Of a DNA stretch of 64,000 nucleotides, positions 36,445 to 49,486 are shown in pieces. The stretch is from Heterodontus francisci (Eukaryota): NCBI RefSeq assembly GCF_036365525.1, contig NC_090403.1, forward strand, positions 56,545,095 to 56,609,094, read 5' to 3'. Within the stretch, counting starts at the first letter, position 1. Each line of letters opens with the position of its first letter. The position numbers and the translations under genes were made by a program. Under the pieces are notes generated by a model. That model did no database searches and was not told where the DNA came from. It was given only the letters and a program-made list of their open reading frames with translations.

Positions 36445-37824
36445 TAAATGCCTGCTCAGGTCGGGAAACAGAACCCGACCCGAACCCGACTGAACCACCC
36501 ACAGCGGACCCGAGCCCAACCCGGCCTGAGTCCCTCTGATTTCGCCCCGAGCCCGACCTGACCCGACCCGACCCGACCTGACCATCCCTATAGAGTTATA
36601 ACAGCTGTGCCGGCCATCAAACACCTAACTATTCTAATCCCATTTTCCAGCACTTGGCCCGTAGCCTTGTCTGCTATGGCGTTTCAAGTGCTCATCTAAA
36701 TACTTCTTAAATGTTGTGAGGGTTCCTGCCTCAACCATCTCTTCAGGCAGTGCGTTCCAGATTCCAACCACCCTCTGGGTAAGAACATTTTTCCTCAAAT
36801 TCCCTCTGAACCTCCTGCCCCTTACCTTAAATCTATGCCCCCTGGTTATTGACCCCTCCACCTAAGGGAAAAAGTTTATTATCTAACCTATCTATGCCCC
36901 TTATAATTTTGTATACCTCAATCATGATCCCCCTCAGCCTTCTCTGCCCTAAGGAAAACAAGCCTAGCCTACCCAGTCTCTCTTCATAGCTGAGATGCTC
37001 CAGCCCAGGCAACATCCTGGTGAATCTCCTCTGCACTCACTCCAGTGCAATCACATCCTTCCTATAGTGTGTTGCCTAGAACTGTACACAGTACTCCAGC
37101 TGTGGCCTAACTAACATTTAATACAGCTCCATCATAACCTCCCTGTTCTTATATTCTATGCCCCGGTTAATAAAGGCAAGTATCCCATATGCCTTCCTAA
37201 CCACCTTATCTACCTGTGCTGCTGCCTTCAGTGATCTATGGACAAGTACACCAAGGTCCCTCTGTGCTTCCTCAGGTCCTACCATCCATTGTATATTCCC
37301 TTGTCTTGTTAGACCTCCCAAAATGCATCACCTCACACTTTTCAGGATTAATTTCCATTTGCCACTGCTCTGCCCATCTTACCAGCCCATCTATATCGTC
37401 CTGTAATCTCAGGCTTTCCTCCTCACTATTTACGACACCACCAATTTTCATGTCATCTGTGAACTTACTGATCATACCTCCTATATTCACGTCTAAATCA
37501 TTAATGTACACTACAAACAGCAAGGGTTCCAATGCCGATCCCTGTGGTACACCACTGGTCACAGGCTTACTTACCTTCCTGACACCGAAGCTGCAGCGCA
37601 TGCGTGATGATGTGATGTCACTCGCTCACTGTGCAGACTCAGTTTCGTCCCAGACTCCCAGCTCAGGTAAGTTTTTTAATTTTAATACTTAGCAGCAGAG
37701 CACTTACCGTGTGTGTCCGGCCCGACCCGAGCCCGAAAGCCGGACCCGGAAGATGGGCCTGACCTGACCCGAACCCGACACGTCGTCGGGTTCCGTCGGG
37801 TTCGGGTCAGGTAGCAGACCTTTA
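36445..37824. mobile_element. hAT-like MITE interrupted by CR1
   Basis: TIRs TAAATGCCTGCT / AGCAGACCTTTA, CCCGA repeats, degenerate 8-bp TSD cctgatag/cctgaggg. Confidence 0.7.
36588..37568 (-). mobile_element. 5'-truncated CR1 LINE
   Basis: KPVTSGVPQGS..KFTDDMK and QRRFTRMLPGL. Near-identical to 29505-30520 in inverted orientation. Confidence 0.92.
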
Positions 37825-38671
37825 CCTGAGGGGTGCATTACAGGGTCCAACTAAATCCAGTGGTGAATGACTAAACCAGTTATCTGCCATAAATGGTCAA
37901 ATATGTGTGTCTCGGACTTAAGGCAGTGCAGATGAGGGCTGTATCGGGGGAGTGACCAGGGTAAGAGAGAGAAAAGGTTTTATTGGAGACAAGGGCATCA
38001 GAGATGGAGGGGGGGGGGGGGGTGGTGGTGGTGGTGGTGGGTGGGTGAGTGAGTGGGGATAAAGAGATTTTTTTCCCCCTGGGACAGACACAGGTGGAAG
38101 GGGGGAGTGGGGTGTGAGTGAAGAGTGATACAAGGAAGTTATCAGAGATGGCATTATCTGTGATTGACAGGATGGGAGTAGCGAGGCCATGTGAGATGGC
38201 AAGTTCGATTTGAAGTTTCCTGAGTTTGACTCTAGTCACTTCACAAACCTTTATTTCCAATTATCTTAATGTTGAAGTGTTTGACAAATACCTTGTTTGC
38301 ATGTGACTTTATCACAAGTGACAGAAGGAGTACACATCTTTTCTGTCTGTCCTATCATCGCAAAGAGAAAATTGGTTTGTTAAAGCTCCAGCCAGTGGTA
38401 GGAGGTACTTATTGGTCATTTACAACCTTGCCTGAAAGAACTTCAGTTTTCAATCCTTGATGTATCTTGTTTGTAGTGTTCAAAGTTTATCCATTAAGCC
38501 ATATATTTCGAATCAAACTCGGGGCAGTCCCACCTGGATACCGATAGCATCCTGTTCTAGTCAGTCTTTACATTTTATTTCATGCTAACTGTTGACAATT
38601 TGATGTTTAAAAAGTGTTTTCATTGCCTCCTTGAAATGGAAGATAACATGACATGTTTCTCTTTCCTGCAG

Positions 38672-38752
38672 ACCTCCTCAGGCATCACTATTCCAAAGCC
38701 CCCAAAGCCTCCAGACAAGCCCTTGATGCCCTACATGCGCTACAGCAGAAAG
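38672..38752 (+). CDS. SMARCE1: SMARCE1 exon 5: [27 protein letters not shown]
   Basis: ctgcag| and |gtacag boundaries, 81 nt, start of the HMG box. Confidence 0.97.
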
Positions 38753-39579
38753 GTACAGTATCTCCAGGAATGTATCATAGCATATGCTGCAGCATTTGCT
38801 CACCTGGCTGAGACCAGTCCCGTTACACAAGCTAACTGAAGATGGATGCTCCCTATTGTATTATTAGCCTTTCACTGCCTAGAATTTCAAGCAAGGAGTG
38901 GGATTACTTTACAGTCTGTACCTCCAGTTTGGTATTCGTTATTTTCTGTATAAACATCTGACATCTTCCATTAGGTGGAGGCTGTAATGTATTACTAAAG
39001 GGAAATCTTTTGATAAAACATCTGGACTTCATTAGATTCTGGTCTGTAACTCACTACTGCCTAGTTTAAAAGTGAGTCTTCCCATAGGTGCAACTTTAAA
39101 AAAAAAAGACATCTTTAAAGGTTGTGATCTGCTTTAACAGGTGTTTCTTTTTCCTCTTTCTATTCTTATTTAAACACTTTTTGCAAGTTATTAACTTGGA
39201 TAAATGACTGAGTCCGACAGTGTGATCGGCTGAATATATTCTCCTGGCATTTAACCTGTTGCCACTCAGCAATCATTTGTCATCCCATTTACATCCGTGT
39301 GAGACTTCAACTCCTTTGCATTCTCAGATGTACTAACTTCTCCCAGCCAGCTTCCACCGATGATGTCACCAAGAGCTGCAGCTTAATTAAATTTAAATAA
39401 ATATATACTTTCAAAAAAAATTTCTAGGAGTACTAATCACAGGACTCCCTTCTTAATGCCTAACTGTAGTAAGTACATTCGGGTGTTGATCGTACTATAC
39501 CCATAAACTGTCTGGTTGACAGTGTGATAATTCTATTACTGTATTAGCTCTGTAAATAAGTCTCCTTATTACGTTTTAG

Positions 39580-39741
<162 letters not shown>

Positions 39742-41407
39742 TAAATGAGTTTCAGTGAACATAAAGTCATCTGATTTGTTAGTGTCAAACATAAGTTTGT
39801 TCTCCTTTTCTGTTTTCTTTTGTCCTTGTTGACGAGAGGGATGTCAGCATTGGGAAATGGAACATATATTCACCTCAGCACTACTGCTCAGATACATCAC
39901 GAGTTAGGTACAGAGAAAGCTCCCTCTACACTGTCCCATCAAACACCCTCAAGTCAGATACAACACTGGTTGGATACAGAGTAAATCTGCTCCAAACAAA
40001 TTCACCTGTTTCCCCCTTCCCGCAGCTTGTACTGTGTCATTTGGAATTTCAGTTTCTCAGCCATCCTTTGGAGTGATATTGCCAGCTTTCGTTCAGTCCA
40101 GGGCAGCTTTGTTCTGTGGATCCAGGCCTTCTGGGAACAGAATTAAGTCTTTCAGCCCATCAATCTGGCCTGAATTTGAACTCTCGCTCTCAGTGAAGGA
40201 TCTATGAGCTTGTTTTTTTTAAGCGACTATTCCAGGCAATCTCTGTGTCAAAGCTTTGTAAAAGTGCAGTATGTTTTATTATAAAGGCATGCTTGGGACT
40301 TTGTGTTTTCTCCCCATGGCCTCACCACCCCACAGCCAGATTTCTGTAGAAAATATCGTTCCTCGTTGATCAAGAGTTTAATATCTGTGAGCACAGAGTG
40401 CTATCTACTTTTACAACAGAGATTCAGATTTGTGTCAAGCTCTTGGACAGAGGGGAAAGAAACTTTATAATGTAATTAATTAATTTGGTGAGTAAACTGC
40501 ATGAAAACATTAAGATATTGTTTCTCTTCGAATGAACACTCTTAAAGAAAATTAATTTAATCTTTCTTCAGAATTGAAAGATCCACTCTTGCCCTTGACC
40601 CAGAAGATTTTGTAGGGTAGCATATAGTAAGGGATGAGTTTCATATCTGTGGTTTATGCTAATCTCTCAACTTTGTATTTTTCCTTTGTATATGTTTTAT
40701 TTTTCACTCTAGTACCAGGCCATTTTGCCTGTTTGAAGCCAAGGGGCTGGATTGAAGCAAAAGGGAAATCATTTTGCTTGTTCTAATTGAACTGGTTTAA
40801 TCTAGGCTAACAAAACTTGAAGCTTTAAATTTTTCCACTGCTTGACATTTTATAAACGGTGATACCGAGAATTAGATAGAAAGCACTTTGCAAACCCTTT
40901 CAAGCTTTTATTGATCTGAATGGTAGAGGTGTGCTCTGTTACAGCTCCAGATGTCACCCCAATGCACGTCTTCATGTGCAATCAAGTAATTTGTTTTCAG
41001 TGGTATTTATCGGCACTTGGGTAGTACGAATATTTTGGGAAATGTCTTGATTCTGTGTAACTGGTGCTGAAAGTTTTCATTGATGAAAATGAAGCTGGGG
41101 CATTGAATGACGTCTTGCAGCACAAGGTGCTAGGATGTGAGTTTTCATTCTTGTGATTCCCTACATATGAAGGCTATCCAGGAACCTTCTAGGAAGAGGG
41201 GGACAGTTGGGAGAGTCACTAAAAGCCACTGTATGTACCTCCCAGAGATGGGCTTAGATTAGACGAGATCAGCTCACAAGTTGCTACCTCTTCTCTACTG
41301 AGAGATTGGTACATCCCCTTAGAGAAGAAAAACAAAAACATTCTTTGGGAGGAATGGGTTGCTGCATTTGATTGTTCCCACTCTATGGGATTTATTTCTA
41401 TTTTCAG

Positions 41408-41579
41408 GTTGAGTACAATGAAGCCATGAAAGCATATCACAACTCTCCTGCCTATCTCGCTTACATTAATGCAAAAAGCCGGGCTGAGGCAGCACTTGAG
41501 GAAGAGAGTCGCCAACGGCAGTCACGGATGGAGAAAGGAGAGCCTTACATGAGCATCCAGCCAGCTGAGGACCCTGATG
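41408..41579 (+). CDS. SMARCE1: SMARCE1 exon 7: [27 protein letters not shown]
   Basis: ttcag| and |gtaagc boundaries, 172 nt. Confidence 0.97.
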
Positions 41580-43959
41580 GTAAGCACAGCCTATACACAG
41601 CTCAACACTGCTATATGTTCTGTGCGTAGATAGAATTTAATTCTGTCCTTGTAGACTTTCACTAACCACATCCTCTGTCCTGGTTATGACCACGAAAGTA
41701 TTAAAAATAGTTGTGCAAACTAGCTGATAACCTTCATGGTGAACATGGATACTCAGTGGTTGGCAGTATGCCACCATCGTTCAGAGTTTACGGTACCCGC
41801 ATAAAGGGAATACAAATATACACGATGATGCCTTTATTATAAGCAAGGCTAATCAGTGGGAATTCCTGCAAATTTGTGCGCCTGTCCTGTGATTTTCTCA
41901 GTCAGTAGTATGAGTCTGCTTCTGTTCTTGCAGCCTGTTTCTGTCTCTTGTCTCATTTTTGCTGACTTGGTTTCCCTGTATTGCCTCCTATTTTGTTGCC
42001 TGTTACTATTCTGTTAGTGACAGGTTGGATTTTCTGATGAGTGGTTTACCTGACGTACCCCCCACCGCCCCCCCCCACCCCAGCCTGTCTGCCACCTACA
42101 AGCTCAAGTCAGGAGTGTGTTGGAATATTGACCACTTGTCTGGATGTAGCCAAAGCAACACTAAAGAAGCTTGACGCCATCCAGGATAGAGCAGTTTGCA
42201 ATAGTAAGATCCCAGATTTGATCTCTGGCTGGTACAGGTTTCACTGATCTCAACCTGGAACGGCAACTTTTCTACTACAGTTATTATTGGTGTCTTTGGC
42301 CTGGGGTTCCTGCTCTTGATCGTTATGAAGCCACTTCAGTTGGAAAAGTGCAGGCAGATTGGATTGTGATTACCTGTGATTCCTTGCTAGGCTAAGTAAA
42401 TACTTGAGCAAAATACCACAGCACTGCAGCTGTCCCAGCATGCCAATACTTGTGGGACAATAAATTAACTGGGCAAGTTCTGAAGCTGTCACTGAGGTTA
42501 CTGATAAAAATCAGAACTGATAAAATCCAACTGTTTCCAGTAACCATCTGCCCCTCCCTTCATTCTTAGAGCTAAGTACAAACATCAAGTTACAATTTTC
42601 CTGGGGCCAAAAATGCTTCTGGCAAATAATATGCACAGTCTGATTTCGATTTTATTGGAACAATCGTGTGATTCCTTTTTTTACTTTAATTTAAATCGTA
42701 ATTTTTTTCAAACTGAGGTCTCTATTTTCTTGGGGTAATGGAATCCAGGGCTGCCTTGAAGCCATCAGATTTCTGCTTGTTGGAGCATGCATACTGCTTG
42801 CCGTGTAAACGCTGCCTCTGTACTCGATGCTTTTTCTTTATTTGTTCAACTACTAATATATTATTTCTGTTGCTCTGTACAAATCCTGTTAAAAGCTTCT
42901 GCAACAATAGCACTGCTTTGCTTGGACTAGCTAAAAATTCCTTTGGCTGTTTGGACATTGGGGCCCTCAGTTAAGAATATCTGGTCATCTGATGGTAGTA
43001 GGTGCAGCACGTGATTTGATGTTGAGGCATACAGATTAGGAAGATCCTAGATTTGATCTTTAGCTGGAGTCGTTTGCAACGTCTTTTGGCCGTTTGGACA
43101 GGGGCCCTTGCTCAGGTGTGCCTCAAGCAGTTTGGATTTAAGCGTCGTGGGACGTTTTACTGTGTTAAAGGCTCCACATAAATGCTGCTGTTGTAAGAAA
43201 GGTCAGGGGTGGGTGGTGGAGTGGCAGAGGGGTTTAGGGAGGGAATGCTGGAGAATATGGATTAAGCAACTGAAGGCATGGCTGCCAGTAGTAGGGTGAA
43301 GGGAGAGGGGATATACAGGGGCTAGGAACAGAGCCATATCTTGAAGAAATTTCAGAGATGGGGAGGGGTGAGACTTTGTAGGACAGACCTCTTTTCATTA
43401 CTGTATCTGCCACTTTGAATGCTGTAGTGCGATATGGCACCTTCTGTATAAAACTATAAAGATTTCAGGTTCTTAAATACGTTTAGTTTTTCTCTTCCCC
43501 TAACTCCAAAAAACCCCTCTTAATTGTTTAGTGTGTTATGCATTCACTGTCCAAGCAGGAAAGCAGATTTCTGATCTTTAACTGTTTCTGAACTCACTAC
43601 TGAAAGGTGTGTAGGGGCGACTTCACTTTACATCCAATCTGTAATTTTGTCAAATAAGAACTTTGCCTGACGATTGTTTGTCATTCCTGATGAGCACGAT
43701 GGGGGCAGAGGTGTACACTTGTGTAAGGCATCAGCTTGTATCATATTACTCTGCTTTGCCCTTCCTTGAAGTTTTGTTGCTGTCAGTGGAATTTGCCAAG
43801 TTTGCATGGCACACTGTCAACTGCTAAATTATTTTTCACAAAGAAGTATTCACAAGTAACTACCCCTCCCTGTCCCAGGGCCTATCCCTTTTTACATATC
43901 ACATTGATCATGCAGTTTCACTTGATAGAATCACACAATGAGAAATTAATGATCCAGTT

Positions 43960-45080
43960 TGACTGAGTATGGCATCAAGGGACCCTAGCAAAACTGGAGT
44001 CGGTAGGAATCGGGGAAAACTCTCTACTAGTTGGAGTCAAACCTAGCACAAAGGAAGATGGTTGTGTTTGTTGGAGGTCAATCATCTCAGTCCCAGGACA
44101 TCACTGCAGGAGTTCCTCAAGGTAGTGGCCGAGGCCCAACCATCTTCAGCTGCTTTATCAATGACCTTCCCTCCCTCCATAAAGTCAGAAGTGGGGATGT
44201 TTGCTGGTGATTGCACAATATTCAGCACCATTTGCGACTCCTCAGGTACTGAAGCAGTCTGTGTCCAGATGCAGCAAGACCTGAACAACATCCAGGCTTG
44301 GGCTGATAAGTAGCAAGTAACATTCATGCCACACAAGTGCCAAGCAATGACCATCTCAAACAAGAGAGAATCTTAACATCTCACCTTGATGTTCAATGGC
44401 ATTACCATCGCATCCCCCACTCTCAACATCCTGGGGATTACCATTGACCAAAAACTGAACTGGAGCAGCCACAGAAATGTTGTGGCTACAAGGGCGGGTC
44501 AGAGGCTGGGAATCCTGTGGCGAGTAACTCACCTCCTGACAGCCCAATGCCAGTTCACCATCTACAAGGCACAAGTTAGGAATGTGATGGAATACTCTGC
44601 TTGCCTGGTTGAGTGCACCTCCACCAACACTCAAGAAGCTTGACGCCATCCAGGAGAAAGCAGCCCACTTGATTGGCACCCCATCCACCATCTTAAACAT
44701 TTACTCCCTTCACCATTGACGCACAGTGGCAGTAGTGTGTACCATCTACAAGATGCACTGCAGCAACGCACCAAGGCTGCTTAGACAGCACCTTCCAAAC
44801 CCGCGACCTCTATCATCTAGAAGGACAAGGGCAGCAGATGCATGGGAATACCACCACCTGCAGGTTCCCCTCCAAGCCACACACCATCCTGACTTGGAAC
44901 TATATCGCCGTTCCTTCACTGTCTCTGGGTCAAAATCCTGGAACTGCCTTCCTAACAGCACTGTGGGGGTACCTGCACACCAAGGGTTGCAGGGGTTCAA
45001 GAAGGCAGCTCACCACCATCTTCTCGAGGGCAATTAGGGATGGGCAATGAATGCTGGCCTAGCCAGTGGCGCCCACATCC
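43960..45080 (+). mobile_element. CR1/L2-group LINE 3' portion
   Basis: VGMFAGDCTIFST..QAWADK and NILGITIDQKLNWSSH, with an A-rich end at ~45080. Confidence 0.8.
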
Positions 45081-46260
45081 CACAAACTAATTTTAAAAAA
45101 ACTATATTGCTCATATGGTTCAAGAAAATCATTTATACTTTCATTCCTTTTGCACATACTATTTTGTTTAATTTGTTTAATCACACTTCAACAGCACTTA
45201 GGCTGTGCTGGGTGGAGTTTGATAGGGAGAAACTGTTACTAATGGCAGTCAGTAACCAGAGGACACAGATTTAAGGTCATTGGCAAAAGAACCAAAGGGG
45301 AGATGAGTTTTGTTTTACACAAGTTATGATCTGGAATGCACTGCCTGAAAGGGCAGTAGAAGCATATTCAGTAGTAACTTTCAAAAGGAATTGGATAAAT
45401 GCTTGAAAAGGAAAACTTTGCAGGGCTATGGGGAAAGAGCACGGGGGCGGGACTAATTGGATAGCTCTTTCAAAGAGCTGGCATAGGCAGGTCTCCTGTG
45501 CTGTAAGATCCTATGTTCCATACATAATGAGCCACATGAACAAGTAGCTCTTATCACACTTACTTGCCCTGCTCCACTGTTCCTTCATCCACCTATCTAA
45601 TCTAATCTAATCTTAAATATCGACCTAGTTTCTGCCTCAACTCTGTGTGTGCAGAAGTTGCTGCTACCGTCTGTTCTGAATCACTAATGTTTAATCTTGT
45701 ATCAATGGCCCCTCATTCTTGACCCTTCAACACTGGAAATAGCTTGTTTCTATCTAAACCTGTCCAATTATTTGGTAATTTTAAACACTTCTGTCATAAT
45801 CTGCAATGTTGTAATAAAAAATGCCCCAATTTTCCAGGTTTTTCTGCATATCTGTATCGTGTCATACCAGGGCAGCATCCTAGTGAATCTGTGTTGAACA
45901 TTCTCAATAGTTTCAATATCCTTCCTGTAATGTGGAGCTAAATATGGAGCAAAGTATTCTAATTGAGGTCCTGTTGAAGCTTCGTATAGGCTCATATTGA
46001 CTTTTATATTTAATATCTCTTGAGATAAAATCTAGAACTCGTTAGGTTTTTTTCTAAGGCCTCATCAATCTTTAATGTTCTGTGAACGTGTTCCCTCAGA
46101 TCCCTATGCTCTTCCGCGGAACTGAGCCTACTTCCATTCACAGTATCGTTACTGCTTTTTTTTACCGAAATGCATCAACTCACATTTCTGACGCTGAGTT
46201 TTATTTGCAACTGTGTAGCCCATTCCACCATCTTATTAATATCCCTTTGCAGCTTCCTTT

Positions 46261-46768
46261 GGGCTATAGTCATGGGGATTCGATTGTAAGGGGAGTAGAT
46301 AGGCGATTCTGTGGTCGAAAACGAGACTCCCGAATGGTATGTTGCCTCCCAGGTGCACGGGTCAGGGATGTCTCAGATCGGCTGCAGAACATTCTGAAGG
46401 GGGAGGGTGAACAGCCAGTTGTCGTTGTGCACATAGGCACCAATGATATAGGTAAAAAACGGGATGAGGTCCTACAAGCAGAATTTAGGGAGTTAGGAGC
46501 CAAGTTAAAAAGTAGGACCTCAGAGGTAGTAATCTCAGGATTGCTACCAGTGCCACGTGATAGTCAGAGTAGAAATGAAAGAATAGTCAGGATGAATGCG
46601 TGGCTTGAGAGATGGTGCAGGAGGGAGGGGTTCAGATTTTTGGGACATTGGGACCGGTTCTGGGGGAGGTGGGACTATTACAAATTGGACGGTCTACACC
46701 TGGGCCGGACTGGAAACAATGTCCTTGGGGGTGCTTTTGCTAATGCTGTTGGGGAGGGTTTAAACTAA
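46261..46768 (+). CDS. CR1 ORF1 SGNH/GDSL esterase domain (5'-truncated)
   Basis: GDSIVRG, PGARV, HIGTND and DGLHL blocks. Confidence 0.85.
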
Positions 46769-49486
46769 TGTGGCAGGGGGATGGGAACCAAATGAGGAGG
46801 TCAGTGGACAGTAAGGACATAGTAACTAAAGCCTGTAAGGAACTAGATAATGAAGTCAGCGTGACTAAGGGAAAGAGTAGACAGGGAGCAGATGATGAAC
46901 GCAAAGGGACTGGTGGTCTGAGGTGCATTTGTTTTAATGCAAGAAGTGTAGTAGGTAAGACAGATGAACTTAGGGCTTGGATTAGTACCTGGGAGTATGA
47001 TATTGCTATTACTGAGACTTGGTTGAGGGAAGGGCATGATTGGCAACTAAATATCCCAGGATATCGATGCTTCAGGCGGGATAGAGAGGGAGGTAAAAGG
47101 GGTGGAGGAGTTGCATTACTGGTCAAAGAGGATATCACAGCTGTGCTGAAGGAGGGCACTATGGAGGACTCGAGCAGTGAGGCAATATGGGCAGAACTCA
47201 GAAATAGGAAGGGTGCGGTAACAATGTTGGGGCTGTACTACAGGCCTCCCAACAGCGAGCGTGAGATAGAGGTACAAATATGTAAACAGATTATGGAAAG
47301 ATGTAGGAGCAACAGGGTGGTGGTGATAGGAGATTTTAATTTTCCCAACATTGACTGGGATTCACTTAGTGTTAGAGGTCTAGATGGAGCAGAATTTGTA
47401 AGGTGCATCCAGGAGGGTTTTCTAGAGCAGTATGGAAATCGTCCAACTCGGGAAGGGGCCATACTGGACCTGGTGTTGGGGAATGAGCCCGGCCAGGTGG
47501 TTGAAGTTTCAGTAGGGGACTACTTTGGGAATAGTGATCACAATTCCGTAAGTTTTAGAATACTCATGGACAAAGACGAGAGTGGTCCTAAAGGAAGAGT
47601 GCTAAATTGGGGGAAGGCCAACTATACCAAAATTCGGCAGGAGCTGGGGAATGTAGATTGGGAGCAGCTGTTTGAAGGTAAATCCACATTTGATATGTGG
47701 GAGGCTTTTAAAGAGAGGTTGATTAGCGTGCAGGAGAGACATGTTCCTGTGAAAATGAGGGATAGAAATGGCAAGATTAGGGAACCATGGATGACAGGTG
47801 AAATTGTGAGACTAGCTAAGAGGAAAAAGGAAGCATACATAAGGTCTAGGAGGCTGAAGAAAGACGAAGCTTTGAAAGAATATCGGGAATGTAGGACCAA
47901 TCTGAAAGGAGGAATTAAGAGGGCTAAAAGGGGTCATGAAATATCTTTAGCAAACAGGGTTAAGGAAAATCCCAAAGCCTTTTATTCATATATAAGGAGC
48001 AAGAGGGTAACTAGAGAAAGGATTGGCCCACTCAAGGACAAAGGAGGAAAGTTATGCGTGGAGTCAGAGAAAATGGGTGAGATTTTAAACGAGTACTTTG
48101 CATCGGTATTCACCGAGGAGAGGGACATGACGGATGTTGAGGTTAGGGACAGATGTTTGATTACTCTAGGTCAAGTCGGCATAAGGAGGGAGGAAGTGTT
48201 GGGTATTCTAAAAGGCATTAAGGTGGACAAGTCCCCAGGTCCGGATGGGATCTATCCCAGGTTACTGAGTGAAGCGAGAGAGGAAATAGCTGGGGCCTTA
48301 ACAGATATCTTTGCAGCATCCTTAAACACGGGTGAGGTCCCGGAGGACTGGGGAATTGCTAATGTTGTCCCCTTGTTTAAGAAGGGTAGCAGGGAAAATC
48401 CATGTAATTATAGACCGGTGAGCCTGATGTCAGTGGTAGGGAAGCTGCTGGAGAAGATACTGAGGGATAGGATCTATTCCCATTTGGAAGAAAATGGGCT
48501 TATCAGTGATAGGCAACATGGTTTTGTGCAGGGAAGGTCATGTCTTACCAATTTAATAGAATTCTTTGAGGAAGTGACAAAGTTGATTGATGAGGGAAGG
48601 GCTGTAGATGTCATATACATGGACTTCAGTAAGGCGTTTGATAAGGTTCCCCATGGTAGGCTGATGGAGAAAGTGAAGTCGCATGGGGTCCAGGGTGTAC
48701 TAGCTAGATGGATAAAGAACTGGCTGGGCAACAGGTGACAGAGAGTAGCAGTAGAAGGGAGTTTCTCAAAATGGAGACGTGTGACCAGTGGTGTTCCACA
48801 GGGATCCGTGCTGGGACCACTGTTGTTTGTGATGTACATAAATGATTTGGAGGAAAGTATAGGTGGTCTGATTAGCAAGTTTGCAGACGACACTAAGATT
48901 GGTGGAGTTGCAGATAGTGAAGGGGACTGTCAGAGAATACAGCAGAATAGAGATAGATTGGAGAGTTGGGCAGAGAAATGGCAGATGGAGTTCAATCAGG
49001 GCAAATGCGAGGTGATGCATTTTGGAAGATCCAATTCAAGAGTGAACTATATAGTAAATGGAAAAGTCCTGGGGAAAATTGATGTACAGAGAGATTTGGG
49101 TGTTCAGGTCCATTGTTCCCTGAAGGTGGCAACGCAGGTCAATAGAGTGGTCAAGAAGGCATACGGCATGCTTTCCTTCATTGGACGGGGTATTGAGTAC
49201 AAGAGTTGGCAGGTCATGTTACAGTTGTATAAGACTTTGGTTCGGCCACATTTGGAATACTGCGTGCAGTTCTGGTCGCCACATTACCAAAAGGATGTGG
49301 ATGCTTTGGAGAGGGTGCAGAGGAGGTTCACCAGGATGTTGCCTGGTATGGAGGGCGCTAGCTATGAAGCGAGGTTGAGTAGATTAGGATTACTTTCATT
49401 AGAAAGACGGAGGTTGAGGGGGGACCTGATTGAGGTGTACAGAATCATGAGAGGTCTCGACAGGGTGGATAGCAAGAAGCTTCTTT
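46768..49486 (+). pseudogene. CR1 ORF2 (APE endonuclease and RT) with one premature TGA, 3'-truncated
   Basis: FNARS, ITETWL, GDFN, SDHN (APE); NYRPVSL, DFSKAFDKV, GVPQGSVLGP, KFADDTK (RT). Confidence 0.9.

Larger units (their letters stand above)
36230..38250 (-). mobile_element. L2-like LINE fragment hosting a MITE that in turn hosts a CR1
   Basis: LAISHGL..ISDNFLV (end of APE) at 37880-38260 and SRIILECNDKPQLLFSTTNHLLKP at 36250-36440 lie on either side of the MITE. Confidence 0.65.
46261..49486 (+). mobile_element. Young CR1 LINE: ORF1 esterase C-terminus plus nearly intact ORF2, lacking the 3' tail
   Basis: See the ORF entries. Only one in-frame stop (48736-48738) in ORF2. Confidence 0.93.

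Noticed and set aside
36445-36590. CCCGA arrays as CRISPR- or telomere-like repeats
   Set aside because: No regular repeat-spacer structure. They are subterminal repeats inside TIR-bounded MITEs.
46082-46768. 228-aa ORF as a stand-alone GDSL lipase or PAF-acetylhydrolase gene
   Set aside because: It is the CR1 ORF1 esterase. The first ~60 aa are read-through from the antisense host CR1.
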